Translations under genes and position numbers: made by a program
Shown here: one piece after another, positions 10,001-23,500 of the stretch
Layout: the number at the start of each line of letters is the position of its first letter
How positions within the stretch are numbered: position 1 is the first letter of the stretch
Notes under the pieces: generated by a model
The model's database searches: none
The model's input: only the letters and a program-made list of their open reading frames with translations
What the model was told of the DNA's origin: nothing
Source of the DNA: Saccostrea echinata
Taxonomy: Eukaryota
DNA: 64,000 nt
Direction of reading: 5' to 3'
Assembly: GCF_033153115.1 (NCBI RefSeq)
Contig: NW_026889757.1
Location: 4,092,001-4,156,000 of the forward strand

Positions 10001-13000
10001 TTACAAGAGACAATACATCGATGGCAAGCAGCATCCTTTCAGGGTTCTAGTCTTTTCTTAACCTTTAATGTTTTTCTTCATTAAAGTAATCAGCACCAAT
10101 TCTTTAAATCTTTTCATGGATACGATGCTTGAAAACAAAAAGGTTGGCGGAAGGCAACCAGGAAACAGATACCATATTACTTTAATCACTGCCAACCCCA
10201 AAATCTCTCTCTCTCTCCTGCCTGGAATAGCCAAGCAACAACTATTAAAATCTGAGGGTGTAGATTTTCCGATTCTAAACTAGAAAGAAATGTCATCAAA
10301 CCGATATACATTGCAGTGACTGCACTTGATGTTAAAGAGCTGTTAAAACTAGATACCTCTAATACCATCGAATTTTACAGGATTTAATGTGTTGATACAC
10401 AAAGACAAATATTTGAGCTCTTATCATGGGGGCACAGATTAAATAGTAATGAACATACCTAGAGTTATTATTTCAGTCTTTTTTCTGATATTACGACGAA
10501 TTTACTCATTGCAAAATCAATATTCATTTTGCAACAAAAGCAGTGAGTTAGTCGTTATATTATCATAGCATGGATGTTGTGTAATAAAACTACGGTGTAT
10601 CATAATCAAATAAAATATTCTACATTATTGCGCATACAAAATCTATTGGATCCATAAATCCAATGTGTGGATATTGAGCGATATTAAAGTTTTATTTTAT
10701 CAAGTGCCAAATTCCGGAAGTAAAAATTGGTTGCTAAGATAAAATCTCTAAAACGTGCATGTGAAATTAATCAGTCAAACTGTTTTCCCCCTCCTCGATG
10801 AATAAGAAGACGTACTTGTATTTTGTGCGGGTTTTGCCTTATAAGCAGAATAAATGAATGAATGAATAAATAAATAAAGACCTATGTAGGGCGATCACGA
10901 ACTATTATGTTGTTTTTTCGGTCCTCATAGGGCTCACGGCGGGTGTGGCCGGTCGACAGGGGATGCTTATTTCTCCTAGGTACCTGATCCCACCTCTGTT
11001 ATTTTCAGGGGTCCATGTTTCTGCCCTGTTCATGATTCGTTTTGTTTTCTGGATTTATGAGATTGATCAATGTTCGTTATCTTCAGCTTTTACATCCTCA
11101 CTAGTGTATCTGTTTTCCCCTCGATCGCATTTAAAATTAAGAACTGGTTGGAGAAGGGGGTAAATCATTGTTCAATGTATTTTTTTTTTGGAGGGGGGAT
11201 TTCATGTAACTGGAAAATCGCACATATTTTGGAATCTTCATAATCTAATAAGAGATGTTTGCAGATAAAAGACAGCGATATTTTCAAAGATTGGGATGTA
11301 GAAACTAGAATATTATTTTTTGTAAACATCTAATGGGTGTCAGAAAAAAAGTATAAAGAATTTTACTATACTGGCATATACTTGAAAATAATCAAAAATC
11401 ATTCCTGTTACACGATGCTTATACAGCAAGTATTAATCTGACTTTATAGTTATACAATATAAATTGTTGATATATATAGATGTAAATTATTTAGTAATTA
11501 AGAAAATGAGAATTTTGTTTAAATTTTCATTTAAAATATGAAAAAAAATTGAGTAAGAAAACAATCTATTACGGTCTAAAATGAATGAAGAGCCGGGTCA
11601 TATATTTATAATGACCACTGAGAAAACTGGAAAAGGGGGGGGTATATTTTTTTTATACTCCAGTTTCTTCAGTTGAATTAAAATGATCCAAAACTTCTGT
11701 GTAATGACTTGTGAACTTCTTGAGGATTTCTTATTCTGTATGCTATGCATGTAGTTTCTGAGGCACACCACGGGAAACTGCTTATTCTCATAGATTTTGA
11801 GTAAATTTAGCCTTTGTCTTTATCAAATAAAATCTTAGATCTTGAATTCATGAAGAAAAAAAATAATGGAAAAAAATCTTCTAAGATGATTACATGAATT
11901 TTGCTGTCTGTGTGATAAATGTTTTAATGTTATTTTTGAGTGTGTGTGTGTATGTGTGTGTGTTCGGGTTTTTTTTTTCGAGGGGGGGGGGGGGGGGTGA
12001 AGATTGACCATGAACCCTTTTCATAGAAGGTCGCAACAAAATATACTGTTAAATCAATTCTATTAAGGCTTTATGGCATGAATTTCTGATAACATTGTGG
12101 GGATCTGTCATTCACGCTTTTTGAGATTCATTAAATTGACAACATTCAGACGTTGTCTGTTAACAATAGTCGTCATTTAACTGGTATACTCAAATACATT
12201 AAAAATTTTATTAAAATGTAAATATACGTATTAAAAATGCAAAGCGCATTTGAAAATCACTTCAGTTCAATATTATTGTGATGTCAAACATATGCATTTC
12301 TTCATCCGTCATATTTTGAAAGTTTGATAGTGGGTTACAGCCAGTGCATAGAATATAGAATTTAAAGATACAAATTATCTACTGAAATTAATCAATGCAA
12401 GTAATCTATAAAACTTGTTAACTATATAAAGATGAACTTTATACTAGACTCGGTATAACATTAAATTATCAATACTATCAAGCAACAAAAGATTTAGATG
12501 CAAACTAGTGCACATCCTGGCATAAATGTGCATAGAAAATCCAATAACTGAAAACTTTTCATTTTCAGAATTTTCTACTGTAATTTGTCTAAAGATAATA
12601 TATTAATATTATCTCAAAGGTTATTAATAANNNNNNNNNNNNNNNNNNNNNNNNNNNNNNNNNNNNNNNNNNNNNNNNNNNNNNNNNNNNNNNNNNNNNN
12701 NNNNNNNNNNNNNNNNNNNNNNNNNNNNNNNNNNNNNNNNNNNNNNNNNNNNNNNNNNNNNNNNNNNNNNNNNNNNAAAGATTATTTTCATTTTTGAAAT
12801 CAAAGAAAATCTAGGCTACACTGTAATTTTAGGAACTTGTGCTCTAATTTAGTGCTCTAATCCAGGAAAGACTTAAGGCAAAATAAACGTGCACAGTTGT
12901 GCATTTGAGAATCTCTGGAAATCCAAGTTTATATAAAAGCCGTCGTACTAGTGTAACTTATATAAATATAAACCTCTGGTAGTTTATCTAAAAAATACAG

Positions 13001-14738
13001 ACTTAGAGTACCCGTATCGAAGCAATTGAGATTTTCTTTATCCCCAAACAATCTGATAAGGGGGAAATTGTGGGCCAAAACCTACACATGTCACTCATTT
13101 CAGTGAAAAATACCTACTAAGACTGATACCACATATCCCTCCAATTGATTGCGATTTCTTTCAAAGGACGCAACGTCACGGTTTAATCAAGTTCTGAATA
13201 TTTAAAGTCTGCACAGTTGAAGTATCTCTTTAACATGCTTAGTAACAGTAAGACAAGGAACTTTGCCATGCGAGAGAGCAGTTGTGAAAATGTGCTGATT
13301 GAAAGGAAATAATTCATTTGGAATTATAAAAGTTTTTTTTTTTTTTAATGTGACTTAAATGTGATAAGGCATTTGTGACCAAATCATGGCTTATTTTTGG
13401 AGTAAGCGACCGTATTATCAAAAAGACTATGAAGACTTTGGTTTGCCAGGGATTAATGAAGTAAACATGTTATTAAAGTTTATGAAGTATATGCATTTAA
13501 ATTTTTTTTTGCAATTAGCCAATTTACTAGCATACTTTTACGTTTTCTATTTTTTTTTCAGATAAACTACAAGACTGCAAACAAATTTTCAGAACACAAT
13601 AATAGACACGCATTTCAAGATCATGGCGTCTATTTTGGCAATGTAAGTACCTAAATACGAGAAAAAAATCGTTGAAGAAAGTAAACATAATACAGAAAAA
13701 CAATCAATTTTCATTGATCTCATTAAAATGATTGGTTCATTGAAATCGTTCATACCCCCAGATCATGCAACAGGACTCAATGTTTATATCAGAATGAAAT
13801 TTTAAACTTGTTGATGCATTATTTTTATTCAGTGAACCATTTCAAAGGTTGAAAAACAATCGTGGAGTAATAAAGGCGACTGATTCAGTTATACGAGAAA
13901 ATAAAATCGTCATAAAGATTATCTCTCGTTGTATTGTCAAGACATTTAACTATTTACAAATTGTGAGGTTTTGTTAGAGTTGTGAATTTTTTATGTGGCC
14001 ATTCAAGTTTCTAAAATAACATTTGTTTTACATCTTATACTTTTAAACAAGCATTTTTGTCCGGCTTTATGTTAGAATTAGAACATTTCTGTATATATTC
14101 AATACATTTGTTTTAGTTACTATTGAAACGATATATTCAGTACAGAATATATTCATAATACATGTACCAGTATTTAAGCCTTTTTTTTTAAAATGAAAAG
14201 ATGCTTCGGAATGACAATAAAGACTCCTTTTTGTAACAATTGCACTGCAATGTGCATTCTACGATTTTCAAATATTTGGTGTTTTATTTCAAAGGGGAAG
14301 GATGAAAGAACACTGGGTCGTAAAATAACCCTGCCCGAACTTCGTCTACATCACACAGAGAAGACGTTTTTAAAGCACCATTCCAGAAACCCCGTGGACG
14401 CTGATTTAAACACAAACTATAGGGTATCATACCTCGGCCAACCCACCGAAAATCCGCCAGCTCACCGGCGATTTGCCCGGAAGTACAGAGCTCCGGAAAC
14501 CGGAAGTATTAAATTACAAACATCCACAACTGATTGGCATAAGTCCCCGGATGTTCCGTACAGAACGCCAACTCACGTGTTAGCCGTATCACAGGAACCA
14601 TTTCCTAAGCATAATCCGTGGAAATACTCCAACCATGGCATGAGAGACATTTATCCCCCTTATGAGAGGAGCACCAAACCCCTAGTGAATAACCAATTTA
14701 ACAAATATGGCGCTGCTTTTGCGGCTGCAAGTGAATGA
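7072..14738 (+). CDS. TEX36: Testis-expressed protein 36 homologue (HDNR-motif family), 4 coding exons, ~238 aa
   Basis: Exons 7072-7122 (MARGRQFAPSPASDGKW), 9573-9713 (FVHRG...PPPPFRSKTE), 13562-13642 (INYKTANKFSEHNNRHAFQDHGVYFGN) and 14295-14738 (GKDERTLGRK...HRRFARKY...AAASE*). All introns are GT-AG, phase 0, and the frame stays open. It matches recalled vertebrate TEX36 motifs: GRRFxPxxxxDGRWF, FSxHDNRH, LGRK, RRFPRxY. Confidence 0.85.
8600..8891. mobile_element. Poly-C MITE (hAT5-like)
   Basis: Termini catggccgtagga...tcctacgggcctg; flanks AGAAT / TGAAT (4 of 5 match). Confidence 0.55.
9816..9984. mobile_element. Fully palindromic MITE with 7-bp TSD (P/hAT-like CA..TG ends) in a TEX36 intron
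   Basis: cataggagttcgcaattttatc...gataaaattgcgaactcctgtg, with the centre at 9900. GTTGGAG at 9809-9815 and 9985-9991. Confidence 0.8.
10925..11095 (+). mobile_element. 3'-terminal fragment of a Penelope-like retroelement
   Basis: Carries the same cacggcgggtgtg.ccggtcgacaggggatgctta...cacctgatcccacctctg motif that follows the RT fragments at 40.5-41.3, 42.7-43.4 and 49.1-50.2 kb. Confidence 0.65.
12631..12776. other. Assembly gap
   Basis: Run of N. Confidence 1.
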
Positions 14739-15546
14739 AAACTGTGATATATAATTATAGGAATAATTTTCTCAATTTTCCCTCTTGTATGTGACCACTG
14801 GTTATCAGGACTGTAATAGTATTCACATCTTATGATTTTTTTGTCTACATGTAAGAAAATGATATACGTAAGTTATAAAGAGATATGCATAGGATCATGG
14901 AAGTGCAAGTGTTAAGCGCATACCGGTACAAGGACTCATTGCATAAAAGAAACTATGAAAATATATGATTATTAATCTCTATGTATGCACTTTTACTTTT
15001 CTGTGTTAATGAATACTGCATCGATCTGCTTGGTGTCAGTCTGTTTTCATGCATTGGCATGTACTAGTATTATATTTGTTGAATACAATATAAATATTTT
15101 CCAGCTTTTTTTGCTTTGTGTTATAAAAAATACGACTGGGAAAGTTATGCTGATTTCAAATGTTTATGTACGATTAGAATTTTTAATAATTTTCCCGTTA
15201 AAAAGTTTGATAGCTACTTGTCAGAACATTAGCATAATAATTTTGCCTTCAAAATTCGAATTCCAACGCTGCGCCTGTGTAACATGGCCGTCGTTTGATA
15301 TGTTCTTATTAGTGCCGTTGGCGACAAGTTTGTTGCAGAAAATAAATTGATCTAGGAATCAATAAATTCCATTTATTCCTTTTATAGATATACACGAGAG
15401 CGCCGGAAACATGAATTCAGCCTTATTCTAATAGTGAACTAATTAGCTTATCTTCTTTCTTATGTTATATCAATTATTCACAACTGTATGATATTCTAAA
15501 TGTACATCTATTACAAAAGATGCTTAACTTTTTTGTTGAGTTCTTA

Positions 15547-15581
<35 letters not shown>

Positions 15582-15991
15582 ATGAAAAATGTTTTTGGGC
15601 TTTATAAAAACTACTAGTATATCACCTAAACATTTTAAGTTTATCCAGTTAATTTCAACATGATTAAGGTACCTGTCATATTTCCCATGAAAAATGAAGT
15701 TTTAGTGAACAGAAATCGCTGATATTTACTTACGTCGGTAAAATGTATATAATACTTTAGCTTACATCTAAGGGCAGATCACTCTAACTGCATACAACTA
15801 CCCAACGCTACGATTATGGAACCCTTTAAGTTTAGTGTGCAGTTTTTAGAGCTTCCTTAAACACACACCAGATGAAATGAAAAAGCATTTTAGGTCAGCA
15901 AGTTCGTAGAACCCCTGTCTTTATTCACGGAGACTATAAACAATTTTCAGCCGTTCATCCGAATGCCAATTAAAGATCGGGGGTTTCTTAA

Positions 15992-16445
15992 GGACACACG
16001 CAACGTAGTTTGAACTTTATAGTCTTTTTCCATAGGCACTCCCCAGCTTAATTGTTAAAAAATATATATCTACTATACTATAAACATAACGTTTATAGTA
16101 TAGTAGATATATATTTTTTAACAATTAAGCTGGGGAGTGCCTATGTCTTTTTCCCTGGAGTTGAAGAGTTCCAATACTTAAGGGAACTGTGTGCTACATT
16201 TTATTGTCTATATATGCTGTTGCGCACTTCTTCTAGAACAAGTCTGGATAAACAAAACATCTAGCATATATGTTTAGTAATTTTTGTAAATTTTTCTTTA
16301 TACAAAAATTTTCATCATTTGATATCTTTTCAAAACCCCTGGTAACGATGCTGATTTTTTGTCTACGAACATCTGATGGCACTATAATCTTAAATTAAGA
16401 ATATCTTGAAAAATTATCAGTAGGTAAGGTACGTTGCGTATGTCC
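15992..16445. mobile_element. Non-autonomous TTAA-target DNA transposon (Kolobok-like)
   Basis: TIR ggacacacgcaacgta / tacgttgcgtatgtcc; TTAA at 15988-91 and 16446-49. Confidence 0.7.
16031..16145. mobile_element. 115-bp palindromic MITE, 8-bp TSD (hAT/P-like), copy 1
   Basis: cataggcactccccagcttaattg...caattaagctggggagtgcctatg; TCTTTTTC at 16023-30 and 16146-53. Confidence 0.85.
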
Positions 16446-16932
16446 TTAACTCATAATTATTTCAAAGATATACTTCAGATATTATAAGAGTAGAATAGAT
16501 TAAAAATTTCTTTGTAAAAGTAACGAAATTTCTTTGAAAAAGTAACGAAAAAATTACCTTGGACCCTCTCTAGGATGGTAAAAAGCGTGTACCTGAAGAA
16601 AATTGACTTAGGATAGTGTTTTCTCCTAACCCCATAGTTTTTTCAAGTTTGGGGAAGTTGAAATTTGTGGGGGTTTTTTTCCAAAATCTTTCCGAGTCTG
16701 ATATCTTTTTAAAAAATCCCTGGATCCGCGCCTGGGTTTGATTTTGTCACTAAGAATTTTATTTAATTAGTCTCTCTTTCAAAATTGTTTCAAAGGGATA
16801 AATGTCTTGTGCGTAGGAAGAAATTTCAGTTTGGGAGTTGGGCTTACAGAATTGTCTTGATACGCAGTCATTATCAGACGGCACAACCATTGATTATGTA
16901 TAGTATATACTGGCAAAACTATTGGGGAGGGG

Positions 16933-17028
16933 CATAGGCACTCCCCAGCTTAATTGTTAAAAAATATATATCTACTATACTATAAGTAGATATATATTTT
17001 TTAACAATTAAGCTGGGGAGTGCCTATG
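16933..17028. mobile_element. 96-bp palindromic MITE, 8-bp TSD, copy 2
   Basis: Same arms as copy 1 with a central deletion; GGGAGGGG at 16925-32 and 17029-36. Confidence 0.85.
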
Positions 17029-17528
17029 GGGAGGGGGCATAACTTGTCTTTTACTGTAAAGTATATGCTAAGTCTGGCAAAATTATTGGGGAAAAAGATC
17101 CTGAATGCTACCGATTTAATTATTCCATATGTGTCATAGAAGCATGGCTCTTTTTCTCCAAATTCATCATGGAGCTGTCATTACAAAAACAATTCAAAGA
17201 ATAGGGTAAAAAAAAACTCTATCTTCTGTATATGTAGAGACATATCAGTGCATCCGTATTCTCTTGTGAAGTAAAACAAATCACAAGCTGATATTATTCA
17301 GTATCATTTTGCTTCACGACTTTGTATTTTGACAAGTAAACTGATCTACCTCGTGTTTGAGCTATTCAAGTGATTTTAAGGTAAAATACAGTGGAAATTT
17401 CTCCACCAAAAGATCTAAATCAAATGTAATAAAATGATCATAACATACATTTTATTATTTACAAGAAACACGGGCATATAAATCTCACATTTATAACAAA
17501 TAACTTTTAAACAACAATTGTAAAATAA

Positions 17529-20500
17529 CTAGCTGCTGTCAAGGAGTCTCTGGATTTCCGCTTCTCTCTTTTCTAGCTCTGCGATCTTTGCGTTGTTCTG
17601 TTCTAAACGGCTTTCCAAAGACTGAATTAATGGTCCATGCATTACTTCCATGATATGGCACAGTGAATTTGTAAAAACTACAAGGAAAAAAATTGTCAGA
17701 ATTTTGAGTTTTAACCGTTAGAGGCAAAAGAGAGACAACTCCAAAGACAAAACTAAAACTATGAGAATATATATACTGAAAGGATTTGTTTGTGTGCTGT
17801 TAAACGTCCCTCTCGAGAATTTTTCACTCATATGGAGACGCCACCACTTGCCGGTGGAGAGCTGCAAATTTACTCGGCACTCAGGGCTATTGAGCAGTGA
17901 GGGATCTTTTTTGTGCCAGCATATACTGAGACACGGGACCTCGGTTTATACGGTCTCATCCGAAGGACCGGTCTCCACTTCCCACAGTGGGATTCGAACC
18001 CGCGACGTAAGGATTAACACCTTACTCCGAGACCCTAGAGCAGACGCTCTACCACTGCGCCACGCGGGCGACTAAACCGAAAGGAAAAAGAAACGCAGGG
18101 TAACATAATACGCGCAATATTTTTGACTGAGTGGCCGAAAATTATGAAAATTGACCAGAGGTCTGTTTTGGTTACTGTGCACTAAAATTGGTTTTCAAAA
18201 TTACTCAACCGTGAAATGTATGACGTCACGTAGGAAAAGTGTTAAAAGCCAAAAACATGTGCATATTGATGATTTTAGGGCTGTTAAGAGATTTTTTAGT
18301 ACTACTTGATGCACTGAAGGTATACACATTGTTTTTCGATATTTACAGTCGATATGAATTTCTCGTAATCATGGTACGGCTAACGGAAGTTCCACTGGGT
18401 CTCACTCTGGTATTTGAATTGCCTAAGTGAAGAAAAGAGCAACAACATGTTGCTGTGCAGTTTGATATTAATTTTCCACCAAGGAACATTTTATTCCCTG
18501 TCAGATAGAAACAGGAAAGGTTTTTAACCAACCATGATGGTGACGCTGGCGAGTAACAACGTCATATGAAGATGTGGCTTTTCATCCTGCCACCTATGTA
18601 ATCACTACGGTATTACCACTGAAACAGATACTTATACAGTAACAAATCATAAGCATTACATTAACTCTAAAACTGAAAGAAATCTATTCCGTGAGTTCGT
18701 TAACTTTACGTGATACTCTCACTCGCGCACATGTGCGTCGTAAGCCTAATTATTCAGCATGTTCACCCACAGGAAAATGTGTCCCGAGTTTGTCAAGACT
18801 TTTTCGTACATATTCACATTTACACAATCAACTAGCATCGGTAAATTCTATCTTTTTTTCCCAATCGAAAATGTGTGGGACTAACTGGACGCTAGGGTTT
18901 GAAGGCGTCGGTATAGCCCTGCTAATCTCGACCAACTAGGGGCTACCCTGTCGGAAGGGTTGAATAAATATCAGATCTAGGTCCTGGTCTGCTGTATATT
19001 TTACTGACCTGAGGAGTTTTTGAGTTTGGTGATCAGACCTGGGTCCAGGTCTGCTGTATTTTCTTAATGACCTGAAGAGTTTTTGAGTTTGGTGATCAGA
19101 TCTAGGTCCTGGTTTGCTATATATTTTACTGACCTGAGGAGTTTTTGAGCTTAGTGATTAGATCTATGTGTAGGTCCTAGTTTGCTGTATATTTTACTGA
19201 CATGAGGAGTTTTGAGTTTGGTGATCAGATCTAGGTCCTGGTTTGCTGTATATTTTACTGACATGAGGAGTTTTGAGTTTGGTGATCAGATCTAGGTCCT
19301 GGTTTGCTGTATATTTTACTGACCTGAGGAGTTTTTGAGTTTGATGATAAGATCTAGGTCCTGGTTTGCTGTATATTTTACTGACCTGAGGAGTTTTTGA
19401 GTTTAGTGATCAGATCTAGGTCCTGGTTTGCTGTATATTTTACTGACCTGAGGAGTTTTTGAGTTTGGTGATCAGATCTAGGTCCTGGTTTGCTGTATAT
19501 TTTACTGACCTGAGGAGTTTTTGAGTTTGATGATAAGATCTAGGTCCTGGTTTGCTGTATATTTTACTGACCTGAGGAGTTTTTGAGTTTGGTGATCAGA
19601 TCTAGGTCCTGGTTTGCTATATATTTTACTGACCTGAGGAGTTTTTGAGTTTAGTGATCAGATCTAAGTCCTGGTCGGCCTCAGCCTTTTTGTACTCTTC
19701 TTCCTCCTCCTGACAAAGGATCTTGGGAAGTTCTATGAGAGATTCCAAACAAGCTTTTCCCAGCCCAGAGCTTGGGACAATGTGGAGGGGGACTTCAACT
19801 CTTGCATACCTAAAATTTCAAGGTTGTTTGTCATTAACAAAGGACTATATTCTGTAAATACTAACATCTGCCAACAAAATCAAACTTTGATGAAGAAGTC
19901 TATAATTATGTTCTAAACCAGAGGAATATCCGCATACTTGAAAGAACTACCTATTTTCATCAGCCATGATGCCATATGTTAGATATGACATCAAGAAGAA
20001 ACAAGAATTGTTGATAATCTACTTCCAAACTATAATACAACTGTGTATTAGTTCAAGAGACTTTCAAATTCTGGCTTTATGGGGGCAAAAATGTGCTTTT
20101 ATCTTATATAATTCTTTCCAAAAAGAAATTGTACTTTAGATGCAACTTTTAAATAAAAATAGAGAAAAAAAATTTTCTGTGATTTACTTAAAAGAGGTTA
20201 CAACAAGAGGCCTGAGGGCCAACACACCCACCTGAGTGATATTTCTCTTTCTGAGAAACAGATAAGTGAATATACAAAGACTCTGGACACTTATTCATAG
20301 GCTTTTGTTCTTTCCACACATTTGGTCTACAGGACACACATTGATGTTATCATCATCATATCATTTAAACAATTCACTGCCTTGCTGATCTTGATGTACC
20401 TACATGTTCATAAAATGGAGCTCCCTTTCAAGACAACATGAAGGCTATGACTCAGAAAATCTAGTCAATCAATGCATCACTTTCTAAACTGTGTGCAACC

Positions 20501-23500
20501 GTTACAACACATTAGGCCAACCACCTGGGATATTATGTAATGATTGAATCAAGTTAACAGTAATGCCATAATCCTCTAATGACAGTTTTGCATGCCGTTG
20601 TGTTGATTTCGATTTAATGTTAATCTGCAACTTACTGAATTGGCCATTCAGGATGCTACATGTAACAACTGTGTGAGAATGATTCTCATTCACAAATCTT
20701 TCATATCATTTACCAGTACAAGTTTCATTGAATTTTATATTTATGTAAAAAGTCAATCTGAGATGAACTCAAATGGAAAGTTGTTAGCTCCTTGGTATAA
20801 TGATGTTGTGTGCCAAGTTATATTGAAATCAGACTAAAACTGTAGGAGGAGAAGCTTTTTGAAAAATTGTTTACAGACGGACGGACTGCTAGACAGATGG
20901 ACTGACACCTTACTGACTATCGCATGAGCTTTTCTGGTCTCTGACCAGTAGAGCTAAAAACATAGGAGAAGTAACATTTTAACTTTTAAATGAATTCCAT
21001 TATTATCATATTACTGGTAAATATTGCCAAACTAAGACAAAACTTTAGGAAAAGTAGCATTTTCAAAGTATTTCACAGAAATTTCTATTTTTAGTAACCA
21101 TGGCAACACCATTTTTGAAAATCAAAAACAATTAAACAGAATTTTGTATCTTAGAGTAGTCTACTTGTGTACCGAATAGTATGTGCAACCTCTGCAAAGA
21201 AAATGAACGGAAACGGCAAATAATTGGAATTTTCCTAAGTCCAAGGGGCATAACTCTGTCAAAATCGTACCCAAAACAGAACTTGATCTAGATATTTTTA
21301 TGATTAATCTTTATACCAAATTTCATTTCAGTATGTGCAACCTCTGCAAAGAAAATGAAAGGAAACTGCAAATAATTGGAATTTTCCTATGTCCAAGGGG
21401 CGTAACTCTGTCAAAAATTGCTCAATCATACCCAAAACAGAACTTGTTTAAGATATTCTTATGATAAATCTGTATACTAAATTTCATTCCAGTATGTGCA
21501 ACCTCTGCAAAGAAAATGAATGGAAACTGCAAATAATTGGAATTTTTCAAAGTCCATGGGGCATAACTCTGTCAAAAATTGCTCAATTGTACCCAAAACA
21601 GAACTTGACCTAGATATTTTTATGATAAATCTGTATACCAAATTTCATTTCAGTAAGTCCACTTTCTGAGAAGAAAATGAACGGAAACTGTTGGTGGACC
21701 GACAGACAGACAGACAGACAGCTAGACAGACTGACCGACAGACGGCAGTAAAGCAATAAGCCCTCCATTCTTCAAATGCCCTCCATTCTTAAAAATCATT
21801 ACCAAATATACAGAATTATGAAACTTAGGGTAGTCTACTTGTGTACCAAGTCATATTGAAAATGGACAAAAAATGCAGGAGGAGTAGCGTTTTTAAAGAA
21901 TTTCACAGATATTTCTATTTTCAGGCAAGTTGTATCATGGCAACACTTTTTATCGAAATGAAAACCAATAAAGAAAAATATGTATCTTTGTATATTCTAC
22001 TTATGTACCAAGTCTTATTGAAATTTGGACTAAAACTGTAGGAGGAGTTGCATTTTGAAAGAATATCACAGAAAATTCTATTTTCAGTTACCATGGTTAC
22101 ACTGTTTATTTAAATCAATCACTGAGTGATAAACAGAATTGTGTATCCTAGTATAGCGTACTTGTTTCCTTAGTCTTTTTGAAATAGGACCTAAACTGTA
22201 GGAGGAGTAGCACTGTGAAGAATGATGGAGAGATAAACAGCTAGACAGACAGCAAACACCTTACTCATGCACAAGCTTTCTGGTATCTAACCGGTAGAGC
22301 TCAACCTCAGAAAAGCTAATATGTTGCCATTCTAACAGTGGAACCATAATTTGCACAAACTTAAATTTACATAATTTGAGAATGGTTATACATTAATTTC
22401 AATAATTTTATGAATTGTATACATTTATTTGTTGTTCCATAAAAGACAATTTTTCCTATATATTCCAAAGTCAATCTTTGACCCTCTCCTGTGCCTCATC
22501 CTAACCTTGTGGACCATGATTAGGCCAAATAAAAAAATATGTGTGGTTCTGGTTACCCGACCGTCCCTATTTTATACCCCCTTTTTTTCCGGCAATTTTC
22601 ATAATTTTTCCAGAATTTTCCCCGATTTCCATCATTGGCTCCAGTATTAGTTTTAGTTTCAGCAATGGCGGCCTCCTTGTAAAACATCATTTCAACATAT
22701 AGTGCAAGTTTTAATAGTGTTAAATCCAAAGCAAGCTAGCATGTAGGTGTCACCTACCAATGTTGACTAGTATATTATCACGCCACATCTAAATGCCACT
22801 TAAAAAGCAGTGATAGGTATTATTTAGAAAAATTATAAAAATCGTTTTGTAAAAAAAAAAAAAAAAAAAAAAAATCCCTACCTACCTACCCTAATTTTTT
22901 TAGAAGTGTAATCGGAACCACACATATTTTTTTGTTTGGCCTTAGAAGAAATATGGACATATGCTACACACAAGTCTTCATAATTTTGCCAAATGGCTCT
23001 ACCTCTTCCCTCTCATATCAAGAGACCATAAGAATTCAATTTTCAATCAGAACATCTGGATCAAGGGACCATAAGAATTCACTTTTCAATCAGAACATCT
23101 CGATCAAGAGACCATAAGAATTCACTTTTCAATCAGAACATCTGGATCAAGAGACCATAAGAATTCACTTTTCAATCAGAACATCTGAATCAAGGGACCA
23201 TTAGAATTCACTTTTCAATCAGAACATCTGAACACAAGAGATGAAACGAGACAATGAACAAACTTTGAACACAAAACCCTCAAGTGGGCAAATACAAGTT
23301 ACATCCCCCCCCCCCCCCCCCCCCTCCAATTTTGTCCACTTCTAGGAAAGCAAAGCAAGGGAAGTAATTCAAACAACAGTATACTTTTTAAAAATTATAT
23401 CCAAAAATATTTTTAAAAAAGATTAAATCATTATAAACATAAATTGCCCCCCCCCTCTTTTTCTCCCTACCAGTTGTGATCTTTTTTTCAATCAAAATAT

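Noticed and set aside
14193-14294. N-terminus MKRCFG.. of the 181-aa ORF
   Set aside because: Intronic read-through; the exon starts at 14295 after tatttcaaag, and upstream exons supply conserved TEX36 motifs.
17985-18072. tRNA gene (A and B boxes)
   Set aside because: It is the head of a SINE, continuous with a core and tail found in three copies.
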